Shown here one piece after another: positions 46,034-55,641 of a stretch of DNA of 64,000 bases (within the stretch, counting starts at the first letter, position 1; every line of letters starts with the position of its first letter). Location: NCBI GenBank assembly GCA_965228875.1, contig OZ245843.1, positions 2,772,616 to 2,836,615 on the forward strand, read 5' to 3'. Source of the DNA: Thalassobaculaceae bacterium. Lineage in GTDB: Bacteria; Pseudomonadota; Alphaproteobacteria; Thalassobaculales; Thalassobaculaceae. Under the pieces are notes generated by a model that was not told the DNA's origin, made no database searches, and saw only the letters and a list, made by a program, of their open reading frames with translations. Both the position numbers and the translations under genes were made by a program.

Positions 46034-49000
46034 TCATGAAGCCGGCAGCGTTTCAATGTATTCCAGTACCTCCTCGCCAAGCCCCTGCACCCGTGCCCAG
46101 ATCGCCGGCACCTGGTCGAGCGCGTCGGTCGCGGCGGCGCGTTCCAACTCCTCCAGCGCGTCCCGCAGGGCACCGGCGCAGGCGTTGGCCGAGGCCCCCT
46201 TGGCGGCGTGGGCCGCCTCGCGCAGGTCCGCGGCATCGCCCCGGTCGATCGCCTCCCGCATGCGCAGATCGAGCTTTCCGTAGGAGTCCCGGAACAGGGC
46301 AAGCATCGCCGAGACGAACTCGGGATCGGCGCTGCCGAGGATCTGTTCGAGCTGAGCGAAATCGATGGGGCCGTCACGGGGCATCGCAACCGCCGCCGGC
46401 CCCGGGTCGGGCTCCGAGCCTGCCTTGTTCTTCTCGGCCGGTCCGCCCCGCTCCAGCCAGCGTTTCAGCGTCTCGCCGATCACCTCGAGGGTCACAGGCT
46501 TGGCGAGGTAGTCGTCCATCCCGGCCTTCAGGCAACGCTCGGCCTCGCCGACCAGGGCGTTGGCGGTCAATGCCACGATCGGTACCCGCCGTCCGCTACC
46601 GGCCTCGGTCTCTCGGATCGCCGCGGTGAGCTGGTAGCCGTCCATGTTCGGCATATGACAGTCGGTCAGCACCAGGCCGTAGGTCCTGCGGTGCCACATC
46701 CGCAGGGCCTCGACGCCGTCGACGGCGGTCTCGGCCGCAAGCCCTAGGATCGCCAACTGATGCTCGACCACCATGCGGTTGGTGGCATTGTCCTCGACCA
46801 CCAGGATCAGACGACCGGCCCGCGCCGCCTCTTCCACGCTCGGCACCTGGAGTTGACCATCCACGTCCGGCTGCGGGTCGGCGACGCAGGGCACATCCGG
46901 GCTGGCCCGGCCGAGAATCGCCGCCACCGCCCGCAGAAGCGCGTCGCGCCGGACCGGGCGATGCACCGGGATCGCCGCCATGTCGGGGTAGGTCGGGTTC
47001 GCCACCCAAAGCGACCGCCCTTCGCCTCCCGAGGCACCGGTCAGGCCGGGGATCAGTCGGCGCCGCACGTCCGGTCCGAGACGTCCATCGACAACGACGA
47101 CGGCCCCGCCGGTATCGACCGACGCCGCCTCGCCATCCATCCGGCGCACCGGCATGCCGCGCTCGGCCAGGGTCGCGGCCACCTGATCGCCCATCGGGCC
47201 GGGACGGGCCGCAAGCAGCACCGGAACGCCCACCAGGTCAATGCCGTCGACCTCCGACGCGCCGACCAGGATCGACGGCTCGACCGGGATCTCGAACCAG
47301 AAGGCGGATCCCACGCCCGGCGTACTCTCGACGCCGATCTCCCCATGCATCATGTCCACCAGCCGGCGGCAGATCGACAGGCCGAGCCCGGTGCCGCCGA
47401 AACGCCGCGTGGTCGAGGCCTCGGCCTGGCGGAACGGCTGGAACAGCTGGCTGAGGCCGTCGGGATCGATGCCGACGCCGGTATCCGTCACCTCGAAACG
47501 CAGGCGCACGCCCGACGGGAAGTCCGCGTCCGGCCGGGCGGTCGCGCGAACCGACACCGAGCCGGCATCGGTGAACTTGACCGCGTTCCCGACCAGATTG
47601 AGCAGCACCTGGTGCAGCCGGACCGGGTCGCCGACGAACACCTCGGGCGCTGACGGATACATCTCCAGCACGAGATCCAGGTCCTTGGCGTCGGCCGCCG
47701 GCGCCACGCTGTCGAGCACCGATTCCGAGATCGCCCTCAGATCGACCGGTTCCGCCTCCAGTTCCATGCGGCCAGCCTCGATCTTGGAGAAATCGAGGAT
47801 GTCGTCGATGATCCGGAGCAGAACCTGCCCCGACTCGCGGATCGTGCCGGTGATCGACCGCTGGTCGTCGTCCAGTTCGGTCTGCTCCAGCACTTCCGCC
47901 ATGCCGATGACGCCGTTCATCGGCGTGCGGATCTCATGGCTCATGGCGGCGAGGAAGGCCGACTTCGCCCGTGTCGCCTCCTCCGCCGCGTCACGCGCCT
48001 CCAGCGCGGTGCGCTCGGCCTGCTTCTGCTGCGAGATGTCGACGATGACGTTGACCCGCCCGCCGTCCGGCAGCGATGTGACGATGTACTGCACGTCGAG
48101 GCCGGTCATGTCGAAGAAGAACTCGGCGACGGACTTTTCGCCGGAATCGTAGACCCGGTGCCGGTACTCCATGAACCTCTGCAGGCTCATGTCCTTGCCG
48201 CGGTTGTGGGCGTCGAAGATGAAACGCGAATACTCGATGAAGTGCGGCCGGTGGCGCAGCGCCGCCTCCGTAAACCCGGTGTAGCGGCAGTAAGCGTCGT
48301 TCCAGAACTCCACATGCATGCTCGGGTCGTAGACCAGCACACCTACCGGGATCGACTGAAGGATCGCGCGGATCCGCTCGCGGGTTTCCTCGGCATCCTT
48401 GAGGGCGGCACTGATCCGGGCCGACTGGGCGGCGATCTCGCGCTCGGCCTCGATCCGGTCGCTCATGTCGATGTAGACGCAGACCCATCCACCGGCCGGG
48501 ATCGGATTCACCCGCAGTTCGATGTGCTTGTCCACGCTCTGCCAGTACTCGGTCAGGGAGGCCGGCGCGTCGCGGCGGTACAGCCGCCGCCGGCGCTCGA
48601 GATAGGCCTCGAACGTGTCGCCGGAGCTGCGCTCGACCTCCTCGCGCTTGTGGAGCGCGAGAGCCTCCAACCCTCGGGCCTCGCGGATCTGCTCCTCGCT
48701 GACCCGGGCCAGGGCCTTGTAGGTCTCGTTCCAGGTCTGGAAGTTCATGTCGGCATCGAGGATCACAACGCCGGCCGGCATCGCGTCCATGGCCGTGCGG
48801 AGGCGCTCGCGCGCCCGCTCCGCCTCTTCGCGGGCGGCAATCGCCTCGGCCTCGTCGCGCTTGCGTTCGGTGATGTCGGTCAGGGTGCGAACGGTGCCGC
48901 CTTCCGGGAGCTTGCGGCCGAAGACGAGCATCCATCGACCGTTGGTCAGTTCCCGCTCATGGGTGAAGATTTCGGTCGTATCGCTGTCCAGCCAAGCCTT

Positions 49001-51055
49001 CCAGCGCATGACATAGTCGGCGACATCCGGCCTGGTCATGTCGAAGTCGCCGATCTCCTGCTGGGCCGCGCGCAACTGATCGGTGGTCGGCGCCGTCTTC
49101 AGGGCCGTCGTCGGAACGTCCAGGATCTCGCACGCGCGATCGTTCCAGAGAGTGATCCGACCCTCGGCGTCGGTCACCAGCACCCCCTGCTCCATCGAGG
49201 CCAGCACCGCCTCCAGGAACGTGGTCTTCTCGATCAGTTCCTCCTGCGCGCGGCGGGTCTCCGTCATGTCGCTGAAGGTGCGGATCTCCCGGCCGTCCGC
49301 CAGGGGCCGGAACACGGCATGGATCCAGGTGCCGTTCGGCCCCGGCCGCTCGTATTCGAGCCGTTCCACCGGAAGGCCTTCGCGCCGGCGCCGGGACCAG
49401 TCGTTGATCCGGCGGTTCAGGTCGGGAGGCAGTTGCTCGTGCTTGCGGACCTCGTGATACGCATAGAGGTCCGGTGAGGGGGTGTTGCCGTCGTACATCT
49501 CGCGCGGCACGTTCAACAACTCCGAGAGCCGATCGTTGAACACCAGGATGTTGTCGTCGGCATCGCGCATGATGACGCCCTGGTCGATGCTGGCCAGGGT
49601 GGTCTCCAGCAGTTCCCGGCGTTCCGCGGCGGAGATCTCCGCGCGCTTGCGGTTGGTGATGTCGGTGAAGGTGCGCACATGCCCACCCTCCGGCAGCCGG
49701 TTGGCCGCGACCAGCAGCCAGGAACCGTTGGCCTGGCGCCTCTCGTAGACGATCCGGGGCGACGGGTCCTCGCCGCTCTCCCACCGGTCGAGCATCGCCG
49801 TCGTTTCCGGCGTCAGGTCGTCGAGCTCGCCGCGGGCGGTCAGCTCGGCCACGACCTCGTCGAGCGGAACCGTGCGCCGCATGTATTCCTCCGGCAGGCC
49901 GAGCATCTCGCAGTAGCGCCGGTTGGCCAGAACCTGATCGCCGTTGGCGTCGATGAACGACAGGCCCTGGTCGATATGGTCGAGGGTGAGTTGCAGCAGC
50001 CGGCTCCAGCGGGCGGTCTCGCGCTCGGCCGCCCGCTCTTCCGAGACGTCCTTCCAGGAGCGGACCCACCCGCCGTCGGGCATCGGGTGGTTGTCGACCC
50101 GCAGGATCCGTCCGTCGCCCAGCGCGCGCTCATAGCCGAACGCCTCCCCGGCCCGCTCCAGGCGCTCCCAATAGGCGCGTTGCTCGCTCATCGCCGCCTG
50201 ATCCAGGTGGTCGAAATCACCCCTGGCCTGGCGGAAGGTGTTGAACGTCCGGTTGGTGAGCGTGGCGTTCAGGACATCGGCCGGCAGATCGAACATGCGC
50301 CGGAAGCGGTCGTTGTGGTAGACGACCCGCCCGCCGTCCTCGATGACCGCGATGGCGTCGGGGATGGCCTGCATGATCGACCGCAGGACGGCCCCCTGAT
50401 GGGTCATGCGCTCGGCGAGATCGACATTCTCCAGCCGGCCCTTGATCTGGTTCACCAGCGCGCGCTCGAAGCGCCGCGAGAACCGCATGAAGAACCCGCC
50501 CAGAAGGGCGAACAGAAACGCGACGACGCCGAGATCGAATTGCCAGCACGAGAACAGCACCACGACCAGCGGTCCGACCGACGCGACGATGTACAAGGCA
50601 AAGGCACGCGAGTACGCCGACAGGGTGCCCAGCGCCCCGCCGGAGAGTCCGGCCATGATCAGCAGGATCCAGGCGGTGATCTCGAAGTTCGACGCGTCGA
50701 GAAACAGCACAGGCAACATGCCGAAGGTACCGCCGGAGACGAGGGAAAGCGCGTCGAACCTCCGGCTCCAGCGGCGCACGTCGGCCGGCGCGGCGCCCTG
50801 AAGGGGAAAACCGCGATACGCCACCAGACGCAGGCCTGCAACGGCCAGGGCGAACGCCGCCCAGATCAGCAGCCAGCTCTGCTCCACCGGCTGACTGATG
50901 AGCAGAGCGACCACCGCCAGGGACACGGCGGTATGACCGAAGACGGCATCCTTGGTCTGCTCGAAGAAGAACCGGAGCTGCTCGCCGAGCACGCGGTCAT
51001 CCATCAACTCGCCAGCCGCGTCATGCGTCTCCGCGACGTTCTCGACCACCGCCAT
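46034..51055 (-). CDS. Hybrid sensor histidine kinase (TM - multiple PAS - HisKA - HATPase - degenerate REC - REC - Hpt)
   Basis: AAGGAGG RBS before ATG 51055; repeated P-x-GG-x-V-R-T-F-x-D-I-T PAS ends; MSHEIRTP, NAVKFT, GGTGLGL, DCHMP, AHAAKG. Confidence 0.9.
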   Translation of the reverse strand: MAVVENVAETHDAAGELMDDRVLGEQLRFFFEQTKDAVFGHTAVSLAVVALLISQPVEQSWLLIWAAFALAVAGLRLVAYRGFPLQGAAPADVRRWSRRFDALSLVSGGTFGMLPVLFLDASNFEITAWILLIMAGLSGGALGTLSAYSRAFALYIVASVGPLVVVLFSCWQFDLGVVAFLFALLGGFFMRFSRRFERALVNQIKGRLENVDLAERMTHQGAVLRSIMQAIPDAIAVIEDGGRVVYHNDRFRRMFDLPADVLNATLTNRTFNTFRQARGDFDHLDQAAMSEQRAYWERLERAGEAFGYERALGDGRILRVDNHPMPDGGWVRSWKDVSEERAAERETARWSRLLQLTLDHIDQGLSFIDANGDQVLANRRYCEMLGLPEEYMRRTVPLDEVVAELTARGELDDLTPETTAMLDRWESGEDPSPRIVYERRQANGSWLLVAANRLPEGGHVRTFTDITNRKRAEISAAERRELLETTLASIDQGVIMRDADDNILVFNDRLSELLNVPREMYDGNTPSPDLYAYHEVRKHEQLPPDLNRRINDWSRRRREGLPVERLEYERPGPNGTWIHAVFRPLADGREIRTFSDMTETRRAQEELIEKTTFLEAVLASMEQGVLVTDAEGRITLWNDRACEILDVPTTALKTAPTTDQLRAAQQEIGDFDMTRPDVADYVMRWKAWLDSDTTEIFTHERELTNGRWMLVFGRKLPEGGTVRTLTDITERKRDEAEAIAAREEAERARERLRTAMDAMPAGVVILDADMNFQTWNETYKALARVSEEQIREARGLEALALHKREEVERSSGDTFEAYLERRRRLYRRDAPASLTEYWQSVDKHIELRVNPIPAGGWVCVYIDMSDRIEAEREIAAQSARISAALKDAEETRERIRAILQSIPVGVLVYDPSMHVEFWNDAYCRYTGFTEAALRHRPHFIEYSRFIFDAHNRGKDMSLQRFMEYRHRVYDSGEKSVAEFFFDMTGLDVQYIVTSLPDGGRVNVIVDISQQKQAERTALEARDAAEEATRAKSAFLAAMSHEIRTPMNGVIGMAEVLEQTELDDDQRSITGTIRESGQVLLRIIDDILDFSKIEAGRMELEAEPVDLRAISESVLDSVAPAADAKDLDLVLEMYPSAPEVFVGDPVRLHQVLLNLVGNAVKFTDAGSVSVRATARPDADFPSGVRLRFEVTDTGVGIDPDGLSQLFQPFRQAEASTTRRFGGTGLGLSICRRLVDMMHGEIGVESTPGVGSAFWFEIPVEPSILVGASEVDGIDLVGVPVLLAARPGPMGDQVAATLAERGMPVRRMDGEAASVDTGGAVVVVDGRLGPDVRRRLIPGLTGASGGEGRSLWVANPTYPDMAAIPVHRPVRRDALLRAVAAILGRASPDVPCVADPQPDVDGQLQVPSVEEAARAGRLILVVEDNATNRMVVEHQLAILGLAAETAVDGVEALRMWHRRTYGLVLTDCHMPNMDGYQLTAAIRETEAGSGRRVPIVALTANALVGEAERCLKAGMDDYLAKPVTLEVIGETLKRWLERGGPAEKNKAGSEPDPGPAAVAMPRDGPIDFAQLEQILGSADPEFVSAMLALFRDSYGKLDLRMREAIDRGDAADLREAAHAAKGASANACAGALRDALEELERAAATDALDQVPAIWARVQGLGEEVLEYIETLPAS

Positions 51056-51363
51056 CGCGCCCCTCCTTCCGGTCCAGACACCGGACATGCCCCGTTGTCC
51101 TCGCCGCACAATACGCCAATCGCGAGTCCTCGACACCGCGGCTGGGACAACCGGCGGCCCGAGCCGTCGCCGGCCTGGCGTCAGCACGGTGCGAGGTGGA
51201 GCGTCGACTTGCCGCCTCCGGCCCGCTACGCTTCGTCCGTGAAACGAGGCGCGCAAAATACAAGAGGCGCGGAAGGGAAAGGCACGGGCGGGACCCGGGG
51301 CGTCGCCACGGACCCCACCACCCGAAAGCCGGCCGCCGGAACGCCGATGGGGAGGGCGTGCGC

Positions 51364-53310
51364 ATGACGCCGATTGCCTGGGCGATGGTCGCGGTGCTCG
51401 GCCTCCTGACCGGCGTGTGTGCCTGGATCGCCCGGCAGAGGACCGCGCGGGCCGCGACGTTTCAGGCGGAGGTCGAGCGGATCCGCGAGCATGCCCCGGA
51501 CGCCATCCTGGCCGCCCTGCCCTACCCCGCGTGGCGCCGCGACGAGACCGGCGGAATCGTTTATGCCAACACTGCGGCCAGGCCACTGGTGGAGGAGTTG
51601 GCCAGGGCCAGCGGGCTGGCGTCCAGGGCGCGGGAGACCGGCCGGCCGCAGAGCGAGAGCCGCAACCTGGTCATCGGCGGCAACCGCCGCCTGTTCGAGA
51701 TCACCGAGAGCCCTCGATCCGGCGACACCGGTACCGTCGGTACCGGCCGCGACGTCACGGCGCTGGAGCAGCTCCAGGCAGACCTCGCCCGTCACGTGGA
51801 CGCCCATGCCGAGGTGCTGGAGAAGCTGAACAGCGCCATCGCCGTCTTCGGCCCCGATCGCCGTGTCGTGTTCGCCAACACCGCCTTCGCCCTGATGTGG
51901 GAGATCGACCCGGACAGGCTGGAGGCCGGGCCGACCCTGTCGGAGGTGCTGGACATGGCGCGCGCCAGCCGCCGCCTTCCCGAGCAGTCGGACTTCCGCG
52001 CCTGGCGGGAGGACTTCAACCGGCTGTTCACGACCCTGATCGACGCCCATGAGGAACTGTTGTTCCTGCCCGACGACAGCACCATCCGCATGGTCGTGAC
52101 GCCCCATCCGTTCGGCGGCCTGCTCATGACCTTCGAGGACGTGACCGACCGACTGACGCTCGAGCGTTCCTACAACACGCTCACGGCGGTCCAGCAGGAG
52201 ACCCTCGACAACCTCTACGAGGGCATCGTCGTGTTCGGCGTGGACAGCCGCATGAAGCTCTCGAACCCCACCTTCCGGCGGCTTTGGGGGCTGACCGACG
52301 AGCCGGGCGCGCCGTTCTTCGCCGAGCCGGAACCGCCGGCCGAGGCGGTGTTCGAGGCGATGCGGCCGAAGTTCCCCGCGACCCCGCCGTGGCCGGAAAT
52401 AAAAGCCGAGTGGATGAGTTGGCTGGCCGGCCGCGAGGTCACCAGCGGCACCATCGATCTGACCGACGGACAGGCTCTGGACTACACCGTCGTTCCGCTG
52501 CCCGACGGCGCGACCCTGCTGAATTTCCGTGACGTGACCGATACGCTCGCCGTTCAGAACGCGCTGCAGGAGCGTACCGAGGCGCTGGAGACAGCCGACC
52601 GGCTGAAGAGCGAGTTCCTGGCCAACGTCTCCTACGAGCTGCGCACGCCGCTGAACGCCATCATCGGTTTCTCCGAGGTGCTCGAGCAGGAGTACGCCGG
52701 TCCGATGAACGAGCGGCAGAAGGAGTATGCAAACGCGATCCTCGGCTCGTCCAACCGGCTGGTACGGCTGGTCAACGACATTCTCGACCTCGCCTCGATC
52801 GAAGCCGGCTATCTGGAACTGGAGCGGACGAGCGTCGTTCCGGCCACGCTCTGCGGCGCGGTCGAGGGACTGGCGCGGGAGCGCGCGCGGGCGCGCGGCG
52901 TGGGCCTCGCGATCGACTGTTCGCCGGATATCGAGCCGATCGAGGTCGATGACCGCCGCCTGACCCAGGCGCTCTACAACGTGGTGTCCAACGCCATCTC
53001 CTTCACGCCGGAAGGGGGCGACGTCGTCGTGTCGGTGGAGGACCTCGGAGAGACCATCGCCTTCCGGGTGAAGGATACCGGCGTCGGCATCGCGCTCGAC
53101 GACCAGAGCCGGGTGTTCGAGCGCTTCGAGCGCCGTGGCCGCTCGAGCGGCGCCGGTCTTGGCCTGGCCCTGGTCAAGTCTCTGGTGGAGCTGCACGAAG
53201 GCACGGTGACGCTGACCTCTGCGCCGGGGGTCGGCACCGAGGTCGTGTGCACGATTCCTCGCCACCCCGAGCGCGCCGATCCGGCGGAGCGCGAGGTTCC
53301 GACGGGCTGA
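51364..53310 (+). CDS. divL: DivL-like PAS pseudo-histidine kinase
   Basis: H-box reads FLANVSYELRTPL (Tyr in place of His); N-terminal TM; PAS repeats; directly upstream of tsaE. Confidence 0.75.
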   Translation: MTPIAWAMVAVLGLLTGVCAWIARQRTARAATFQAEVERIREHAPDAILAALPYPAWRRDETGGIVYANTAARPLVEELARASGLASRARETGRPQSESRNLVIGGNRRLFEITESPRSGDTGTVGTGRDVTALEQLQADLARHVDAHAEVLEKLNSAIAVFGPDRRVVFANTAFALMWEIDPDRLEAGPTLSEVLDMARASRRLPEQSDFRAWREDFNRLFTTLIDAHEELLFLPDDSTIRMVVTPHPFGGLLMTFEDVTDRLTLERSYNTLTAVQQETLDNLYEGIVVFGVDSRMKLSNPTFRRLWGLTDEPGAPFFAEPEPPAEAVFEAMRPKFPATPPWPEIKAEWMSWLAGREVTSGTIDLTDGQALDYTVVPLPDGATLLNFRDVTDTLAVQNALQERTEALETADRLKSEFLANVSYELRTPLNAIIGFSEVLEQEYAGPMNERQKEYANAILGSSNRLVRLVNDILDLASIEAGYLELERTSVVPATLCGAVEGLARERARARGVGLAIDCSPDIEPIEVDDRRLTQALYNVVSNAISFTPEGGDVVVSVEDLGETIAFRVKDTGVGIALDDQSRVFERFERRGRSSGAGLGLALVKSLVELHEGTVTLTSAPGVGTEVVCTIPRHPERADPAEREVPTG

Positions 53311-53786
53311 TGCGGATCGAACTGGAGAACCTGGACGCCACGCTCCGCCTGGCCGCGGCGCTGGCCCGTTCCGCCGAGCCGGGCCTGGCGATCCTGCTGT
53401 CGGGCCCGCTCGGGGCCGGCAAGAGCGAGTTGGCCCGCGCCTTCGTTCGTACCTGGCTCGCCGATCCCGAGACCGAGGTGCCGAGCCCGACCTTCACCCT
53501 TGTCCAGCCGTACGACGGGCCGCGCGGCGCCGTCTGGCACTGCGACCTGTACCGCCTGGGCGATCCGGGCGAGGTCGAGGAGCTCGGCCTGCCCGAGGCG
53601 TTCGCCGAAGCCGTCGTCCTGGTCGAGTGGCCGGACCGGCTCGGCGACGCGGTGCCCCTCGACCGGCTCGAACTCGCGCTCGAAATATGCCATGGAAGTG
53701 ACCGGCGGATCGCGCATCTGACGCCCCATGGGCGCTGGGTCGACCGCCTGGGTGAGATCGAGACGGGACCCCTGCCGGGTGAGTGA
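53310..53786 (+). CDS. tsaE: tRNA threonylcarbamoyladenosine biosynthesis ATPase
   Basis: GPLGAGKS, VPSPTFTLVQ, HCDLYRL, VEWP. Confidence 0.93.
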   Translation: MRIELENLDATLRLAAALARSAEPGLAILLSGPLGAGKSELARAFVRTWLADPETEVPSPTFTLVQPYDGPRGAVWHCDLYRLGDPGEVEELGLPEAFAEAVVLVEWPDRLGDAVPLDRLELALEICHGSDRRIAHLTPHGRWVDRLGEIETGPLPGE

Positions 53787-54828
53787 CCGCAACGCCGAGA
53801 TCGAGGCTTTTCTGAAAACCGCGGGCTGGAGCGGCGCTTCTGTCGCGCTGCTGGCCAAGGACGCGTCCTACCGGGTGTATCACCGGGTGGACCGGGCCGG
53901 GTCGCGGGCCGTCCTGATGGATGCGCCACCGGGTCTTGAAGACGTGCGCCCCTTCCTCGACATCGCCGCGCAGCTGCGCCGATTCGGCTATTCGGCGCCG
54001 GCGGTCCTGGCCGCCGACGTGCCATCGGGCCTGCTGCTGCTGGAGGATTTCGGCGACCGGACCTTCACCCGCATTCTCGCCGACGACACCGAGCGCGACT
54101 GGGATGAGGAGGCGCTGTACAGCCTCGCCGTCGACCTGCTCGCCGACCTGCACCAACGCGCGCCCGCTGTCGGCTACACCGCCCCGCCCTACGATGCCGC
54201 CCGGCTCGTCGAGGAGGCCGAGCGGATGCTGCGCTGGTACGCCCCGCTGGTGCTCGGCACCCTGGTCGAAGAGGCAGACGCGGCGGCCTACCGAACCGCC
54301 TGGCAGGCGGCGGCGTCCCTCATGACCGACGGCGCCGAAACCCTGGTGCTGCGCGACTTCCATGTCGACAACCTGATGATTCTGGAAGGCCGCGAGGGGC
54401 TGGCCCGCTGCGGGTTGCTGGACTTCCAGGACGCGCTGTCCGGCAGTCCTGCCTACGATCTGGTATCGCTCCTCCAAGACGCCCGCCGCGACCTGGCGCC
54501 CGGCCTCGAGGCGGCGATGCTGGCGCGCTACCGCGCGCGCCGCGACATCGCCGACTGGGATGCCTTCCTGCGCACCTACCACGCGCTCGGCGCCCAGCGG
54601 TCGATCAAGATCCTGGGACAGTTCGGCCGCCAGCAGGGATTCTTCGGCCGAACCGGCTACATGGAGCACATCCCGCGGTGCTGGGCCCACGCCGAGGCCG
54701 ACCTGGCGCGCGCCGGTCTCGACCCGGTTCTGGACTGGCTGGAGCGCGCGCTGCCCGCCGATCTGCGGCGGATCCCGGACCCGGACGCCCGTCTGCCCGC
54801 GAGCGTAAGCCCCGAGATCAAACGATGA
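53779..54828 (+). CDS. amgK: Aminoglycoside phosphotransferase family protein (anomeric MurNAc/GlcNAc kinase-like)
   Basis: DASYR, LEDFGD, RDFHVDNL, LDFQDA, YDLVSLL; upstream of a MurU-like gene. Confidence 0.75.
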   Translation: MSDRNAEIEAFLKTAGWSGASVALLAKDASYRVYHRVDRAGSRAVLMDAPPGLEDVRPFLDIAAQLRRFGYSAPAVLAADVPSGLLLLEDFGDRTFTRILADDTERDWDEEALYSLAVDLLADLHQRAPAVGYTAPPYDAARLVEEAERMLRWYAPLVLGTLVEEADAAAYRTAWQAAASLMTDGAETLVLRDFHVDNLMILEGREGLARCGLLDFQDALSGSPAYDLVSLLQDARRDLAPGLEAAMLARYRARRDIADWDAFLRTYHALGAQRSIKILGQFGRQQGFFGRTGYMEHIPRCWAHAEADLARAGLDPVLDWLERALPADLRRIPDPDARLPASVSPEIKR

Positions 54829-54850
54829 CCGACCGCCTGAGGACCCCGAT

Positions 54851-55615
54851 ATGCTGCTGCCCGGACTGAGCCGCCGCCCGGACTGGCTGCCCGACACCGC
54901 CATGGTGCTGTGCGCCGGCCGCGGTTCGCGCCTGGCGCCGCTGACCGACACCGTGCCGAAACCGCTGGTTCCGGTCGGCGGGGCCCCCATTCTCGACCGC
55001 ACCCTGGATCATCTGGCCCGAGCCGGGGTGCGCCGGGTGGTGCTGAACGCCCACTATCTCGGCGACCGGATCGCCGAGCACCTCCAGGGCCGCGACGACC
55101 TCGACATCACCCTCGTTCGCGAGGACGAGGCGCTGGAGACCGGCGGCGGCGTGAGGAACGCGCTCCCCCATCTCGGAGACGACCCGTTCTTCGTCATCAA
55201 CGGCGACAGCGTCTGGCTCGACGGCATGCGCAACGCCCTGCATCGCTTCGCCGATACCTGGGACGCGGCGGCGATGGACATCCAGCTCCTGCTCTATCCC
55301 TTCGCGCGGGTGCTGGGCTGGCACGGCTACGGCGACTACACGATGGACGAGACCGGCCGGCTGGCCCGGCGGGAGGAGGGGCGGATCGCGCCCTACGCCT
55401 ATATGGGCGTGTCGATCATCCATCCCCGCGCCTTCGCGGACGCTCCGGACGGCGCGTTCTCGCTGAACCTGCTGTACGACCGGGCGGAGGAGCAGGAACG
55501 TCTCTACGGCGCGCTGCATGACGGGCTCTGGTATCATATCTCCACGCCGCAGGATCTGGATGCCGCCAACCAGCGCTTCGCCTGCGGCCATGTCGCCGAC
55601 GTCCCGTTCTTCTGA
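54851..55615 (+). CDS. murU: Nucleotidyltransferase (MurNAc-1-P uridylyltransferase-like)
   Basis: AMVLCAGRGSRL, PKPL, LETGGG, INGD; GAGGA RBS. Confidence 0.75.
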   Translation: MLLPGLSRRPDWLPDTAMVLCAGRGSRLAPLTDTVPKPLVPVGGAPILDRTLDHLARAGVRRVVLNAHYLGDRIAEHLQGRDDLDITLVREDEALETGGGVRNALPHLGDDPFFVINGDSVWLDGMRNALHRFADTWDAAAMDIQLLLYPFARVLGWHGYGDYTMDETGRLARREEGRIAPYAYMGVSIIHPRAFADAPDGAFSLNLLYDRAEEQERLYGALHDGLWYHISTPQDLDAANQRFACGHVADVPFF

Positions 55616-55620
55616 CGACC

Positions 55621-55641
55621 AGAGCAAATCACGATCGGATG
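55621..55641. repeat. Half copy of the 8925-8975 palindromic repeat
   Basis: AGAGCAAATCACGATCGGATG is the exact reverse complement of 8954-8974. Confidence 0.7.

Noticed and set aside
54825..54869. Frameshifted murU start (ATGA overlap with amgK)
   Set aside because: An in-frame ATG at 54851 has its own GAGGA RBS and gives an intact protein.
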